Shown in pieces: positions 32,196-41,814 of a stretch of DNA of 42,064 nt. The stretch comes from a virus. The notes beneath the pieces are model-generated. The model saw only the letters and a list, made by a program, of their open reading frames with translations. It was not told the DNA's origin and made no database searches. The stretch is from IMG/VR virus record IMGVR_UViG_3300027797_000002. The stretch is one strand, 5' to 3'. Numbering within the stretch: position 1 is the first letter of the stretch; each line of letters starts with the position of its first letter. A program made the position numbers and the translations under genes.

Positions 32196-34840
32196 TAACA
32201 ATACCATCAACACAAGCAATTAAGTTCCTTCCAGAAGGCGAAGCTAACTTTAATAATTCAGACATCTGTGGATGTAATACTGAGGAACAATGGAACTACA
32301 AAGTAACTGCTGGAGATGATATATGCTTTCAGTTAGATGCTACTTGTGAGGAATCAGCCGATTTAGTATTAAATGGCTCTTTTGAAGAAGCTGGAGAATT
32401 ATCTACTGATTTTGCTAATTGGACAATAAATAATGATGCTGAAAGTACCTTTGTTAGAAGACAAGCAAATAATACTACTCCTTGTGGGGATTTTTTAGCT
32501 GAATGGACTAACAATGTAGATACTCCTACTGTATCATCTATTAGCCAAACAATTACTTTACAAGCTAATAAAACTTATAAGTTTTTAGTTAAGCTAAAGA
32601 TTGAAGAAGGTGCTTCTCCAGCAAACTCTAATGCAGATGCAGTAATAGTTACTATAAACTCGCAACAATATTTTATTACTCCAACAACAACTTGGACTGA
32701 ATATGAGATTATTGCTACTATGGGTACTACAATAGCAAGTAATACTTTAGTTATAGAGCTTAATAGTGGATTAGCATTAAACATTGCTAATTTATATGTT
32801 GATTGTGTTTCAATGATTCAATATGGCGAGTGTTGTGTAGTAGGTACTGTAAACAATGGTTGTTTTGAATTAGGAGCTAATGCCGATGCAGAAAGAGAAT
32901 TACCAGCTACATTTGATAACTGGACTACAGCTTCAGTTAGCGAAAGCTTAACTGGTGGAATAAATGGGACAAGATGCGTTGCTTTAAATGGAATAAGCAG
33001 TTCAATTTTACAATATAATGTATTTACTCCTAATACTAACTTTACTATTAGTTTTTGGGCTAAAGGAAATGTTGCTGGTACATCTATACAACTTTATTCT
33101 ATGCCATCTGGTACTGGAATATTATCTCAAGGATTAACTACTGAATGGGTATTATATACAGTTAATTTTCAAAATGTTTCAGATACTTACATTCAGTTTA
33201 TTCAAGATGAATCAGATGAAACAGTATTCTTAGATTGCATCCAAATAAACTCTTTACCAGAAGTAAATGTAGTTATTTATGATACTGTTAATGATATTGA
33301 AATACCAGTAAGCAATAACGCTATTCAAGCTTATGATAGTGCTATTAATGTTTGTTTTAATGTAGATGACTATGAAACACCAGATTGTTTTATAATTTGT
33401 GTTACTTCTTGTATCACAAACTTAATTCTTAATGGAAACTTTAAATTAGGTACTGGAGATTTATTTACTAATTGGACACTTATCCAACAAGCAAATAGAA
33501 CTAATTTTATGCGTTATTCCCAGCAATTAAATAATGCTGCTTGGACTAATACAAATCTAAATATTACTACAAATTTCCTTGCTCCAGATGGAACGAATAC
33601 TGCTGAAAAATTAACACCTAATACTACAAATGCAGTACATTCATTAGTTCAAACAACAGTTAGTGTAACTGGAACAACACATACTTTAAGTGTTTATGCA
33701 AAACCAAATGGTTATAGCACTTTATTAATACACGATTCAGATACAAATACTGGTTCTTTCTTTAATTTACAAACTGGTACTGTTGGTAGTAATTTTGGTA
33801 ACGCTCCTACAAACAAATACATTGTACCTTGCGATAATGGTTATTTTAGATGTTGTATAGTATTTAATTCTACAAATAATATAATTTGTAATTTATATGT
33901 ATGTAAAGATGAAGCCAATATTGCATTTGTTGGAGATGGTAGTAGTATGTTTTTATTCCAAGCTCAATATGAAACAAATAATTTTGCTACTCCTAATATT
34001 TTAACAACTACTGCTTTAGTAACAACATCTTTAGGAGAAATTATCCAAACCACAACTGGTGGTATTGATGGTGGTAGAGCAGCTCAAATTTGGGCAGCAT
34101 ACAATACAGCTAAATTAAGACAAAGTGTAACTTTAACTAACGCAGTAGAATACAATGTCAAAGCTTGGATTAGATATGAAGATTTAGATTTAAACCCTAA
34201 TGTTCAGTTTTTACTTGCTGGTAGTAGTATTGGTTCTTTCCCTTTAACAAGTTCTTATGAGCTAATAGAGTTTAACTTTACTAATACTGGTACTGGAAGT
34301 AAAACTTTTGAAATTACTTTAAATACAAATAATCAAAGTGGATTTGCTACAATAGATAATGTTATAGTAACTCCATCGGCTTTAGTAAGCACTTATTGTT
34401 CTGAAAGTTTTGGTTATTATGAAGAACTTGATTCTTGTTCAAAAGAATTAGTTTGGTATGATAATGAAAATTTTGCTCAAGGAATTAACTATGCTTCTGG
34501 ATTTAAAAACAGAATGAGAATTAATGCTGCAAGACAAAACCCAAGTTATCTTAGGTCTGACTTTAGCAAATCTTTAAATGGAGATGTATCATTTATAAAT
34601 TCAATAAAGTTTAGAAAGACTTGGGATTTTTCTATTGAAGCTTCTCCAGAGTTTATATGGGATAGAATGGCATCTATGGCTGGTATAAGCAATATTGAGT
34701 ATGATGGTATTGAAATGTGTTCTGCTGAAGAAACTGAATTAAACCCATCTTGGGATAAAAATTCAAGACTTGCTGCTGGAACAATAACTCTATTACCTAA
34801 AGGAGAATATATTGTCAATAGATCTTATAATTGTCCTTAA
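32192..34840 (+). CDS. Tail tip/receptor-binding protein with repeated carbohydrate-binding-like modules
   Basis: 882 aa, ATGA-coupled. At least three 'L(V/I)LNG(S/N)F(E/K)...(F)(A/T)NWT' module starts plus 'GCFELG...FDNWT', as in CBM_4_9-type jelly rolls. Confidence 0.5.
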   Translation: MITIPSTQAIKFLPEGEANFNNSDICGCNTEEQWNYKVTAGDDICFQLDATCEESADLVLNGSFEEAGELSTDFANWTINNDAESTFVRRQANNTTPCGDFLAEWTNNVDTPTVSSISQTITLQANKTYKFLVKLKIEEGASPANSNADAVIVTINSQQYFITPTTTWTEYEIIATMGTTIASNTLVIELNSGLALNIANLYVDCVSMIQYGECCVVGTVNNGCFELGANADAERELPATFDNWTTASVSESLTGGINGTRCVALNGISSSILQYNVFTPNTNFTISFWAKGNVAGTSIQLYSMPSGTGILSQGLTTEWVLYTVNFQNVSDTYIQFIQDESDETVFLDCIQINSLPEVNVVIYDTVNDIEIPVSNNAIQAYDSAINVCFNVDDYETPDCFIICVTSCITNLILNGNFKLGTGDLFTNWTLIQQANRTNFMRYSQQLNNAAWTNTNLNITTNFLAPDGTNTAEKLTPNTTNAVHSLVQTTVSVTGTTHTLSVYAKPNGYSTLLIHDSDTNTGSFFNLQTGTVGSNFGNAPTNKYIVPCDNGYFRCCIVFNSTNNIICNLYVCKDEANIAFVGDGSSMFLFQAQYETNNFATPNILTTTALVTTSLGEIIQTTTGGIDGGRAAQIWAAYNTAKLRQSVTLTNAVEYNVKAWIRYEDLDLNPNVQFLLAGSSIGSFPLTSSYELIEFNFTNTGTGSKTFEITLNTNNQSGFATIDNVIVTPSALVSTYCSESFGYYEELDSCSKELVWYDNENFAQGINYASGFKNRMRINAARQNPSYLRSDFSKSLNGDVSFINSIKFRKTWDFSIEASPEFIWDRMASMAGISNIEYDGIEMCSAEETELNPSWDKNSRLAAGTITLLPKGEYIVNRSYNCP

Positions 34841-34846
34841 AATTAG

Positions 34847-34854
34847 TATATTTG
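34847..34854 (+). promoter_or_regulatory. -7 promoter box TATATTTG
   Basis: Matches TAnnTTTG, ending 75 nt upstream of ATG 34930. Confidence 0.4.
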
Positions 34855-34929
34855 CAATGCGATGTTTATGTGCCATAAATACTCTAAGGCATTAAAGAAT
34901 AGGGTAATAAAACTTTTAGAAGTTAAATT

Positions 34930-35484
34930 ATGTATAATTGCTCAAATTACGGATGCGACCCTTTAGATGCTTATGTTCTTAACGAATGTAATGAAATTCT
35001 TTTAGGTGGTTTTGACCAAGCAATTCTTTTAGAGTGTAACCATCAAATTACTGACCCAAGCAATGCAACTCAAGTAAACGCTGCATTAGCAAACGGAACA
35101 GCTACTTTAGTTACTGAAGCATCGTTTTCAATCGAAGCACCATCTGCTGTAACAGTTGATACCTTAGTGGCTTGTCAGCCTCCAAGAACTGTAAACTACA
35201 CCAGAACTGGTATGTATAAAAACCAAAATGTTAATCCTACTAATGTGGAGTTTCACGCTCCAATCTTTAGAGGTAAAGTATTTGGTGGATTGATTATCCG
35301 TATGTGTTCAGAAACTGATAATGGAAACGGTTATGTTTATTGGGTAGATAGTTCAGTTACCTTTACTGGTGGACTTATCGGCCCAGCTAACAATACTGAC
35401 TTACAAAGATTTGAAGGAACAATTACTTGGACAGCTAAAACTGACCCAGCTATGTACAATGAACCAGCTGGTGTTTTCGCTTAA
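34930..35484 (+). CDS. Candidate major tail (tube) protein
   Basis: 184 aa and beta-rich. It has its own promoter box and a strong terminator, suggesting high expression. No family motif recognised. Confidence 0.35.
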   Translation: MYNCSNYGCDPLDAYVLNECNEILLGGFDQAILLECNHQITDPSNATQVNAALANGTATLVTEASFSIEAPSAVTVDTLVACQPPRTVNYTRTGMYKNQNVNPTNVEFHAPIFRGKVFGGLIIRMCSETDNGNGYVYWVDSSVTFTGGLIGPANNTDLQRFEGTITWTAKTDPAMYNEPAGVFA

Positions 35485-35490
35485 CACTTA

Positions 35491-35519
35491 AAGAGGGGTC
35501 TAAAAAGCCCCTTTTTTTT
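35491..35519 (+). terminator. Rho-independent terminator
   Basis: Stem agggg / cccct, loop tctaaaaag, then T8. Confidence 0.75.
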
Positions 35520-35529
35520 ATTAAACTTT

Positions 35530-36405
35530 ATGACTAAAGGAATTTTATTATCTGCTTTCGGCAGAAAAGGATATGCTTACGCAGCATTTAATATGTGTGT
35601 ATCTATCAAGAACTTCAACAAAGATATTAAAGTAGCTTTCGCATTTGATAAAGAAATTTTTAAGTATCTATCTCCAGAGAAAATAGCTCTCTTTGATGAG
35701 TTAATAGAAATACCAAAAGAACAATTCTATACTAATAGAATAGACCCAGCACTCTATAAGACTGCTATTTATAACTATTTGCCTTACGATGAGAATCTTA
35801 TCTTGGATGTTGATGGATGTGCGTTACAAGACCTACAACCATTAATTGATAAGTTAAGTCAAATTGATAAACCAATCCAAACAGAAGTTATGGGCATTGG
35901 TGGTAAGTTTGATGAGATTAGATATTCTATTTGGGCTTCTAATGCTGTTATATGGGAAAGGTTCAACCTTAATGATGATGCTATATTACCAGCAATCCAA
36001 TCTTCGTTTATGTACATTAAGAAGAACGAATGTAAAGAATACTTTGAGAAGCTTGAAGCCAACTACAAAGAAGGCATTGAGTTGGATAAGATTGTAACTT
36101 GGGGAGGAACTATTCCAGATGAGTTATTTTATAGTGCTACATTTGCACAAATGGGAATAGACCCAACAATAGACATTAAACCTATATTTTTTGGTAATTA
36201 TTATGCTCCAGAAAGTTATACTGAATTAGGAGAGAAATTTTATGTACTTTCGCTTTACGGAAATGGAATAGGTAGAAAAGAAACTAAACAAAGATACATA
36301 GACTACTACGATAGAATTATGAGAGTATATTGCTCTAACCAAGGCATAGCTCACGATTATAAAGTTCCTTATATAATGACAGATAAACACTTGAATTTCA
36401 AATGA
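35530..36405 (+). CDS. Glycosyltransferase, GT8-like (GT-A fold) candidate
   Basis: 'ILLSAFGRKGYAYAAFNMCVSI' and 'YKTAIYNYLPYDENLILDVDGCALQDLQPLI' parallel the GT8 'K...w.L.eYd.vlYLDaD..v..d...Lf' DxD region. Confidence 0.5.
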   Translation: MTKGILLSAFGRKGYAYAAFNMCVSIKNFNKDIKVAFAFDKEIFKYLSPEKIALFDELIEIPKEQFYTNRIDPALYKTAIYNYLPYDENLILDVDGCALQDLQPLIDKLSQIDKPIQTEVMGIGGKFDEIRYSIWASNAVIWERFNLNDDAILPAIQSSFMYIKKNECKEYFEKLEANYKEGIELDKIVTWGGTIPDELFYSATFAQMGIDPTIDIKPIFFGNYYAPESYTELGEKFYVLSLYGNGIGRKETKQRYIDYYDRIMRVYCSNQGIAHDYKVPYIMTDKHLNFK

Positions 36406-37091
36406 TTGCATTAACATCAATTTCTCCAAAACACATCAACGAAGATATACAAATAACAGCCATAAACTCTTGGGTTAAATTAGGGTTTAAAGTATATTCT
36501 TTTAACAACTCTAATGAGATTGCTATTCTCAAAGACAACTACAAGAATGTAACTTTTATAGAAAGCATAAGTGGAGAGCATAAGTTTGGAAGGCCTTTAA
36601 TCTATTTAGATACTTTATTGGACTTTGCTAAGACCCAAGATGACACAGATATTTGTCTTATTAACTCTGATATTATCCTAAATGATAGTTGGACATTATT
36701 ACCAGAGATTATTGAAAAGTTACCCCATAGAGCAACTATTGTCAAAAGGAGAGATTTTATCAATGATATAAATGATAACAAAGTATTTGAAAGTGGTATA
36801 GATGTATTCTTTATTCATAAAAATTACATAGATTTGATACCAAAGTCAGAGTTTGCTATTGGAGCTTGTTGGTGGGATTACCATGTTCCTTATTCGCTTA
36901 TGAAGGCTAATATACCAGTTAAGTTTCTTAGAGAGCCATTTGCTTTCCATAGACTTCACAATGTTCAATACTCTGCAAAAGAATGGGAAGCTTTAGGCCA
37001 CGAGTTTAAACATTTACACTCTGTAAGGACAAGAAGTATAATGCAATTAAACAATTTAATTTATGCTTACATAATGGAAAATGTTAAATGA
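36402..37091 (+). CDS. Putative glycosyltransferase-like protein
   Basis: ATGA-coupled. 'IALTSISPKH...QITAINSW', 'CLINSDIIL' and 'GIDVFFIHK' suggest a GT-A-like nucleotide-sugar transferase (weak). Confidence 0.35.
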   Translation: MIALTSISPKHINEDIQITAINSWVKLGFKVYSFNNSNEIAILKDNYKNVTFIESISGEHKFGRPLIYLDTLLDFAKTQDDTDICLINSDIILNDSWTLLPEIIEKLPHRATIVKRRDFINDINDNKVFESGIDVFFIHKNYIDLIPKSEFAIGACWWDYHVPYSLMKANIPVKFLREPFAFHRLHNVQYSAKEWEALGHEFKHLHSVRTRSIMQLNNLIYAYIMENVK

Positions 37092-37110
37092 TAATATTTA
37101 ATAATGTTAA

Positions 37111-37794
37111 ATGGTAATATTTATAAAGACTTGGAAGAACGACCTCAAATGGCTTAAATACTGTCTTAAATCAATAGATAAGTATGGTAGTGGGTTTGAA
37201 GTGTTAATTGTTGCAGACTGGGATTGCAAATCCGAGATTGAATCTTGGGGATTAACCAAAGAGGTTGTACATTATTGTAAGCCTAATTTTGATGGTTACT
37301 TATATCAACAATACATTAAGCTTAGGGCTTTTGATTATACTGATTCAGAGTTTATATTATTTATGGATTCTGATTGTATTTTTACAGAACCTACAAAGCC
37401 AGAAGATTTCTTTACTGATGGTAAGCCAAATATGCTAATGACCCCTTATGAGGATATCCCAGAAGTAATGTTTTGGAAGGAAGCTACTGATAAAGCTACT
37501 GGCTTAGATGTTAAATATGAATTTATGCGTAGGAATGGATTAGTGTACCATAGAAGCACTTTAGTTGGTTTATGGTTAAGTTATTCAGACAAGTTCTTAA
37601 ATCAGCTTAAAAGGGCTAAAAATAGGCAATTCAGCGAATTTAATATGATTGGTGCTTATGCTTTTGAATATGAGCAAGAAAAGTATAATTTTGTAAATAC
37701 AAGAGATTCAATTCCACATCATCCAGTAAGACAATTCTGGAGCTGGAGTAATTTAACAGAAGAAGATAAACAAGAACTAAACAAACATTTATGA
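37111..37794 (+). CDS. Putative glycosyltransferase (DUF6492/GT-A-like)
   Basis: 'IFIKTWKNDLKWLKYCLKSI', 'GYLYQQYIKL' and 'FILFMDSDCIF' (DxD-like) fit capsule-locus GT-A-like proteins. Confidence 0.4.
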   Translation: MVIFIKTWKNDLKWLKYCLKSIDKYGSGFEVLIVADWDCKSEIESWGLTKEVVHYCKPNFDGYLYQQYIKLRAFDYTDSEFILFMDSDCIFTEPTKPEDFFTDGKPNMLMTPYEDIPEVMFWKEATDKATGLDVKYEFMRRNGLVYHRSTLVGLWLSYSDKFLNQLKRAKNRQFSEFNMIGAYAFEYEQEKYNFVNTRDSIPHHPVRQFWSWSNLTEEDKQELNKHL

Positions 37795-38456
37795 AAATCC
37801 TAAGAAACGATTTAGCAGTTTTAGAGAATGACACTCACATTAGTAAGTGGGTTGAGCAACACAATTCATTAATCCATAACAAATCATTAGCACAAGAGCT
37901 TAAATACTATCTTCGTAAAGATATGAGCATAGTAGAGGTAGGTGCTTTTATAGGGGATAATACAGCTTTCCTAAAAGACTTAGGGAAATGGGTTATTTCA
38001 TTTGAACCTAATCCAGAAGCATTTGAATGCCTTGAGCATAACTCTCAATATTGGGATAATGTTACTTTAGCTAATTGTGCTATTGGCTCTAAAAAGGGCA
38101 AAGTAGATATTAACAAAAATAAGAATGTAGGTGCAAGTGTATGTGTAGAAGGCTCTCAAATAGATGTTATAACACTTGATTCTCTTAAGTTAGATTCTTT
38201 AGACTTTATAATATTAGACTGCGAAGGCTGGGAATTAGATGTATTAAAAGGGGCTGTTGAAACCATAAAGAAATTTCAACCTTTAATGTTAATTGAAATA
38301 AACCAAGGAACTTTAGAGAAATTTGGGAAAAAACCACAAGATATATTCGATTTTCTTAATAAATTAGGTTATTTTTGTAGGAACTTATATGCAACTCAAC
38401 CAATGGAAGGAGAGCAGTATGATATTTTATGTTTTAAATCTAATTACAATGGCTAA
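37791..38456 (+). CDS. FkbM-family methyltransferase
   Basis: 'VEVGAFIGDNT', 'FEPNPEAFECLEHN', 'NCAIGSKKGKVDI' and 'IILDCEGWELDVLKGA' match the FkbM (TIGR01444) pattern. Confidence 0.75.
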   Translation: MKILRNDLAVLENDTHISKWVEQHNSLIHNKSLAQELKYYLRKDMSIVEVGAFIGDNTAFLKDLGKWVISFEPNPEAFECLEHNSQYWDNVTLANCAIGSKKGKVDINKNKNVGASVCVEGSQIDVITLDSLKLDSLDFIILDCEGWELDVLKGAVETIKKFQPLMLIEINQGTLEKFGKKPQDIFDFLNKLGYFCRNLYATQPMEGEQYDILCFKSNYNG

Positions 38457-38586
38457 GAAAATCAAAAAACCTAAAACTAAAACTTATTTAGTTAGACCGA
38501 GTATTACGAATTGTCGTAAAGGTAAAGGATGTATGAGTACATCTCACGAAGAAATGGTTTACAAAGGAAGTAAAATAGCAGCATAA
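38449..38586 (+). CDS. Small basic protein (45 aa)
   Basis: ATG 38449 overlaps the methyltransferase stop (ATGGCTAA). MAKKIKKPKTKTYLVRPSITNCRKGKGCMSTSHEEMVYKGSKIAA. The track start 38389 is unlikely. Confidence 0.45.
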   Translation: MAKKIKKPKTKTYLVRPSITNCRKGKGCMSTSHEEMVYKGSKIAA

Positions 38587-38589
38587 GCG

Positions 38590-40494
38590 ATGTACAGTAT
38601 AGAAGAAATTGCAGCTAAGATTAAGCGTGTTTCTGCTCTTGCTATTGAAGCTGAGAGAGAACGCAAACAAAGAGCTTACAATAGTGATGTAGCTATGTTA
38701 TTCGGTAGCGAATACATTGATGTACTACCAGACTATTTTGAAGGCTATGATGAATCAGTTGAAGATTATGAAGCTATTAGAGTTCATAGTGAGAAAAACT
38801 GTTTCCCAGCAAGATTGTTTGCAAAGAGAGCACCTAATCAAACTGAACAAGCAGCTCGTTGGATGCAAGATAACTATAAAAATGTTACGCAACCAGTATT
38901 CGTTGATTTCTTAAATACTGTACTTCGTGCAACACATGACCAAAATTGGAGTATTCACTTTGGTTTAGATGCACCACAATATCAACAAGCTAATTTAACA
39001 TTTCAAAAATATTTAGATAATGGTATTAGAGATTATGGTTCATTAGAATCATTCTTTAAACAAGTAATGTTTGCATTGCAATTAAAAGATGCAATGGGTG
39101 TTATTGCTATTAGACCAGATTCTCTTGAGATGCTTGAAGATGATAATGGTGGATATGTTTTAGATTCAACTAAACTTATTGAGCCACAACCATATTATTT
39201 TACATCAAGACAAGTAGTTGGATTTGAAACATCTTATTGTATTGTAGAATCTGATGAGCGTTCTATTGTAGAATATTACGGAAGCAAAAGAGAAAAAGGT
39301 AGAATCTATGAGTTTTATGATAACCAAAACATTTGGTTTTGTAAACAAGTAGGTAAATATGTAGATAATCAATTTGAGATTACTTTATTTTACAATCATG
39401 GTTGGGGTAAAGTCCCAGCTACTCGTTTAAGAGGTATTCCAGTAGTTTACGAAGGTAAAGTATTATGGCAATCTCCTTTCTTATTTGCTACTGACTTATT
39501 AGATTTAGTGGCACAAAATAGTGCTTACAAACAAGCAAGTATTGCTAAATGCGTTTTCCCAGCTACAATTATGTTGGGAGATATTTGTGAGTTTGAAGAA
39601 AATGGAAATAGATGTAGTGATGGTATTATTGGATTTAATGATGAAGATGGTAACTATCATTCTCACACTTGTTCTAATTGCCACGGAGTTGGTTTAGTTT
39701 CTCGTTTAGGCCCATTGGAAACAATGTTAATTAAGCCAGAAGTTAGAGGACAAAACGAAAGTGAATTGCGTTCTTCTCAAGAGCCATTAAAATATGTTTC
39801 TCCAGAAGTTCATACTTTACAATTCTTAGAGGAATCTATTGACAAAACCGAGATGAAAGCTCGTAAGATTCTTCACTTGCAGACCTCAAGCTCTGATATT
39901 AAGGGTTATGAGAATATGACTGCTACTGGAACTGTATTAGACAATAAAGCTGCATTTGCATTTATTATGCCTATTGCACATACTGCATTTGAAACATTTG
40001 AGTTTATCATCAATGCTATTGGTTGGATGCGTTACAAGGATGATTATGTAAAGCCTTCTATTGCATATCCACAAAGCTTTGATATTGGAACTGAAAGAGA
40101 TATTTTAATGACTATCTCGGAAATGGTTAAGAATCAAGTTCCAGCAGTATTGATTCACGCAGAGATATTTAGATACTTAAAATCAGTATTCTACACAGAT
40201 GCTAAAACAACAGCTGTTTACGAATTGATGATTAATACAGATAGGTTATTAGTTTTAAGTGGCGATGAGGTTATGTTAAGACAAGCTAAAGGTCTTGCAG
40301 AAAGATGGGAAGTTATCTTACACGATTCATTTATGTCATTCGTAGACCAGATGATTGCTTTAGAGCCAGACTTTTTAACTCAACCATTCGAGGTTCAAAA
40401 GACTAAGATAATTGACATGGCTAAATTAAGAGCTACTCAAATAACTGAAAGTAATAATGTATCAGTACAAGGTATTGATTCAATGATTCAATAA
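38590..40494 (+). CDS. Portal protein candidate
   Basis: 634 aa, the largest head-module ORF, TAATG-coupled to the MuF-like gene. Position and size based. Confidence 0.55.
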   Translation: MYSIEEIAAKIKRVSALAIEAERERKQRAYNSDVAMLFGSEYIDVLPDYFEGYDESVEDYEAIRVHSEKNCFPARLFAKRAPNQTEQAARWMQDNYKNVTQPVFVDFLNTVLRATHDQNWSIHFGLDAPQYQQANLTFQKYLDNGIRDYGSLESFFKQVMFALQLKDAMGVIAIRPDSLEMLEDDNGGYVLDSTKLIEPQPYYFTSRQVVGFETSYCIVESDERSIVEYYGSKREKGRIYEFYDNQNIWFCKQVGKYVDNQFEITLFYNHGWGKVPATRLRGIPVVYEGKVLWQSPFLFATDLLDLVAQNSAYKQASIAKCVFPATIMLGDICEFEENGNRCSDGIIGFNDEDGNYHSHTCSNCHGVGLVSRLGPLETMLIKPEVRGQNESELRSSQEPLKYVSPEVHTLQFLEESIDKTEMKARKILHLQTSSSDIKGYENMTATGTVLDNKAAFAFIMPIAHTAFETFEFIINAIGWMRYKDDYVKPSIAYPQSFDIGTERDILMTISEMVKNQVPAVLIHAEIFRYLKSVFYTDAKTTAVYELMINTDRLLVLSGDEVMLRQAKGLAERWEVILHDSFMSFVDQMIALEPDFLTQPFEVQKTKIIDMAKLRATQITESNNVSVQGIDSMIQ

Positions 40495-41417
40495 TGACTT
40501 TAGAAGAAATTATAAAGCTTAAATTATCAAGATTAGATGATATTCCTACTGCATACACAAATGGTATAAAAGATACGCAGAAGGAAATTATGTTGGAGAT
40601 GTTGGATTCTTTAGAACAACTAAAGAGGGATGAGAAAGGAAACATAAAAAGAACTCAAGCTAACTTATCAATCATTGAAGATATTAATGATGACCTACAA
40701 AAGATATTTAAAGCTTCAGAATATCTTTCTTTGACTTCTGTCTTTTTAAAAGAGTTTGATGAACAAGCAAAGATAACAGATGACTTTTTTAAGAAAGCAT
40801 TTGGAGAATTTGAGGTATCTTCATTTAATCAAAAAGCATTAGAAGTAAGCCGAAGACAAGCATTTGAATTAATGGCTGGACAAGCTTATTTGACTTCTAA
40901 TTTATATAATCCAGTAAAGAATATCCTAACTGATGCAGTAGTTGCTGGAGATGCCTACGGTAAGACAGTTAAAGCTATCAGCCAAGCCATACAAGGAGGT
41001 ACAATCAACGGAAACAAGTTAGAGGGTAGATTATATCGTTACGCTAAACAAATGGCTTTTGATACCTTTGCAGTAGCTGACAGAGGCTACACTAATAATA
41101 TAGCTCAAGACTTAGATGTTGAATGGTATGCTTATAGGGGTGGCCTTGTTGAAGATTCAAGACAATTCTGCATTACTCGTAACGGAAATTACTACCATAG
41201 AAAAGAAGTGGAAGCTTGGGGAAATTTAAAACAATGGGATGGTAAAATACCAGCAACTGATAGCAAGACAATATTTATTTATGCTGGAGGTTATAGATGC
41301 AACCATTCTATACTTCCTAATGCCATATCTGCTACACCAGTAGATGTCATCCAAAGGAACATTGAAAATGGTAACTTTACCCCTACAAAAGCAGAGATAG
41401 AAATATTAGGTTTATAA
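40494..41417 (+). CDS. Head morphogenesis protein, SPP1 gp7 / Mu F-like
   Basis: 'YRGGLVEDSRQFCITRNGNYYHRKEVEAW...GGYRCNHSILP' matches the Phage_Mu_F domain signature. Confidence 0.7.
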   Translation: MTLEEIIKLKLSRLDDIPTAYTNGIKDTQKEIMLEMLDSLEQLKRDEKGNIKRTQANLSIIEDINDDLQKIFKASEYLSLTSVFLKEFDEQAKITDDFFKKAFGEFEVSSFNQKALEVSRRQAFELMAGQAYLTSNLYNPVKNILTDAVVAGDAYGKTVKAISQAIQGGTINGNKLEGRLYRYAKQMAFDTFAVADRGYTNNIAQDLDVEWYAYRGGLVEDSRQFCITRNGNYYHRKEVEAWGNLKQWDGKIPATDSKTIFIYAGGYRCNHSILPNAISATPVDVIQRNIENGNFTPTKAEIEILGL

Positions 41418-41421
41418 AGAT

Positions 41422-41622
41422 TTATTTAGGTCTTTTAAATTTAATTGAATTAAATAAATAAATAAGCAAAGCAAATGGGGTAATAATCATAGAAGCTAAT
41501 AAATAAGCTATTAAATCTAATAAAGTATAATACTCTTTATTTTCTAATTGTCCCAGCTTCTTACTAATCCAATATACTCCATAAATTGTACTTACAATCC
41601 AATAAATAATTAATATTTCCAC
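41422..41622 (-). CDS. Small 2-TM membrane protein
   Basis: 66 aa. Helices ILIIYWIVSTIYGVYWI and LIAYLLASMIITPFALLIYLF. Last gene of the reverse cassette. Confidence 0.6.
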   Translation of the reverse strand: MEILIIYWIVSTIYGVYWISKKLGQLENKEYYTLLDLIAYLLASMIITPFALLIYLFNSIKFKRPK

Positions 41623-41814
41623 TTATAAAGATTTAAGTTCTTTAATTTCTCTGATTTGTTCTTTATGTACTCCATCAATCATCACGAAAATAACTGTACT
41701 TTGCACAATAAAGTTTACTTTGTTTAAATGCACATCGTGCTTCTTAGCGTAAAACTCTTTTAACTTATGAAGTGTTTGATACAATACTTCAATTTCTCTT
41801 TTTCTTACAATCAT
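41623..41814 (-). CDS. Hypothetical small protein
   Basis: 63 aa. Abuts the downstream gene and is TAATG-coupled to the upstream RHH-like ORF. Confidence 0.55.
   Translation of the reverse strand: MIVRKREIEVLYQTLHKLKEFYAKKHDVHLNKVNFIVQSTVIFVMIDGVHKEQIREIKELKSL

Noticed and set aside
35864-36097. 77-aa alternative-frame + ORF inside the GT8-like gene. The same applies to 38717-38914 inside the portal gene and 35859-36062 (-).
   Set aside because: They are embedded in longer ORFs that have recognisable motifs, and nothing supports dual coding.
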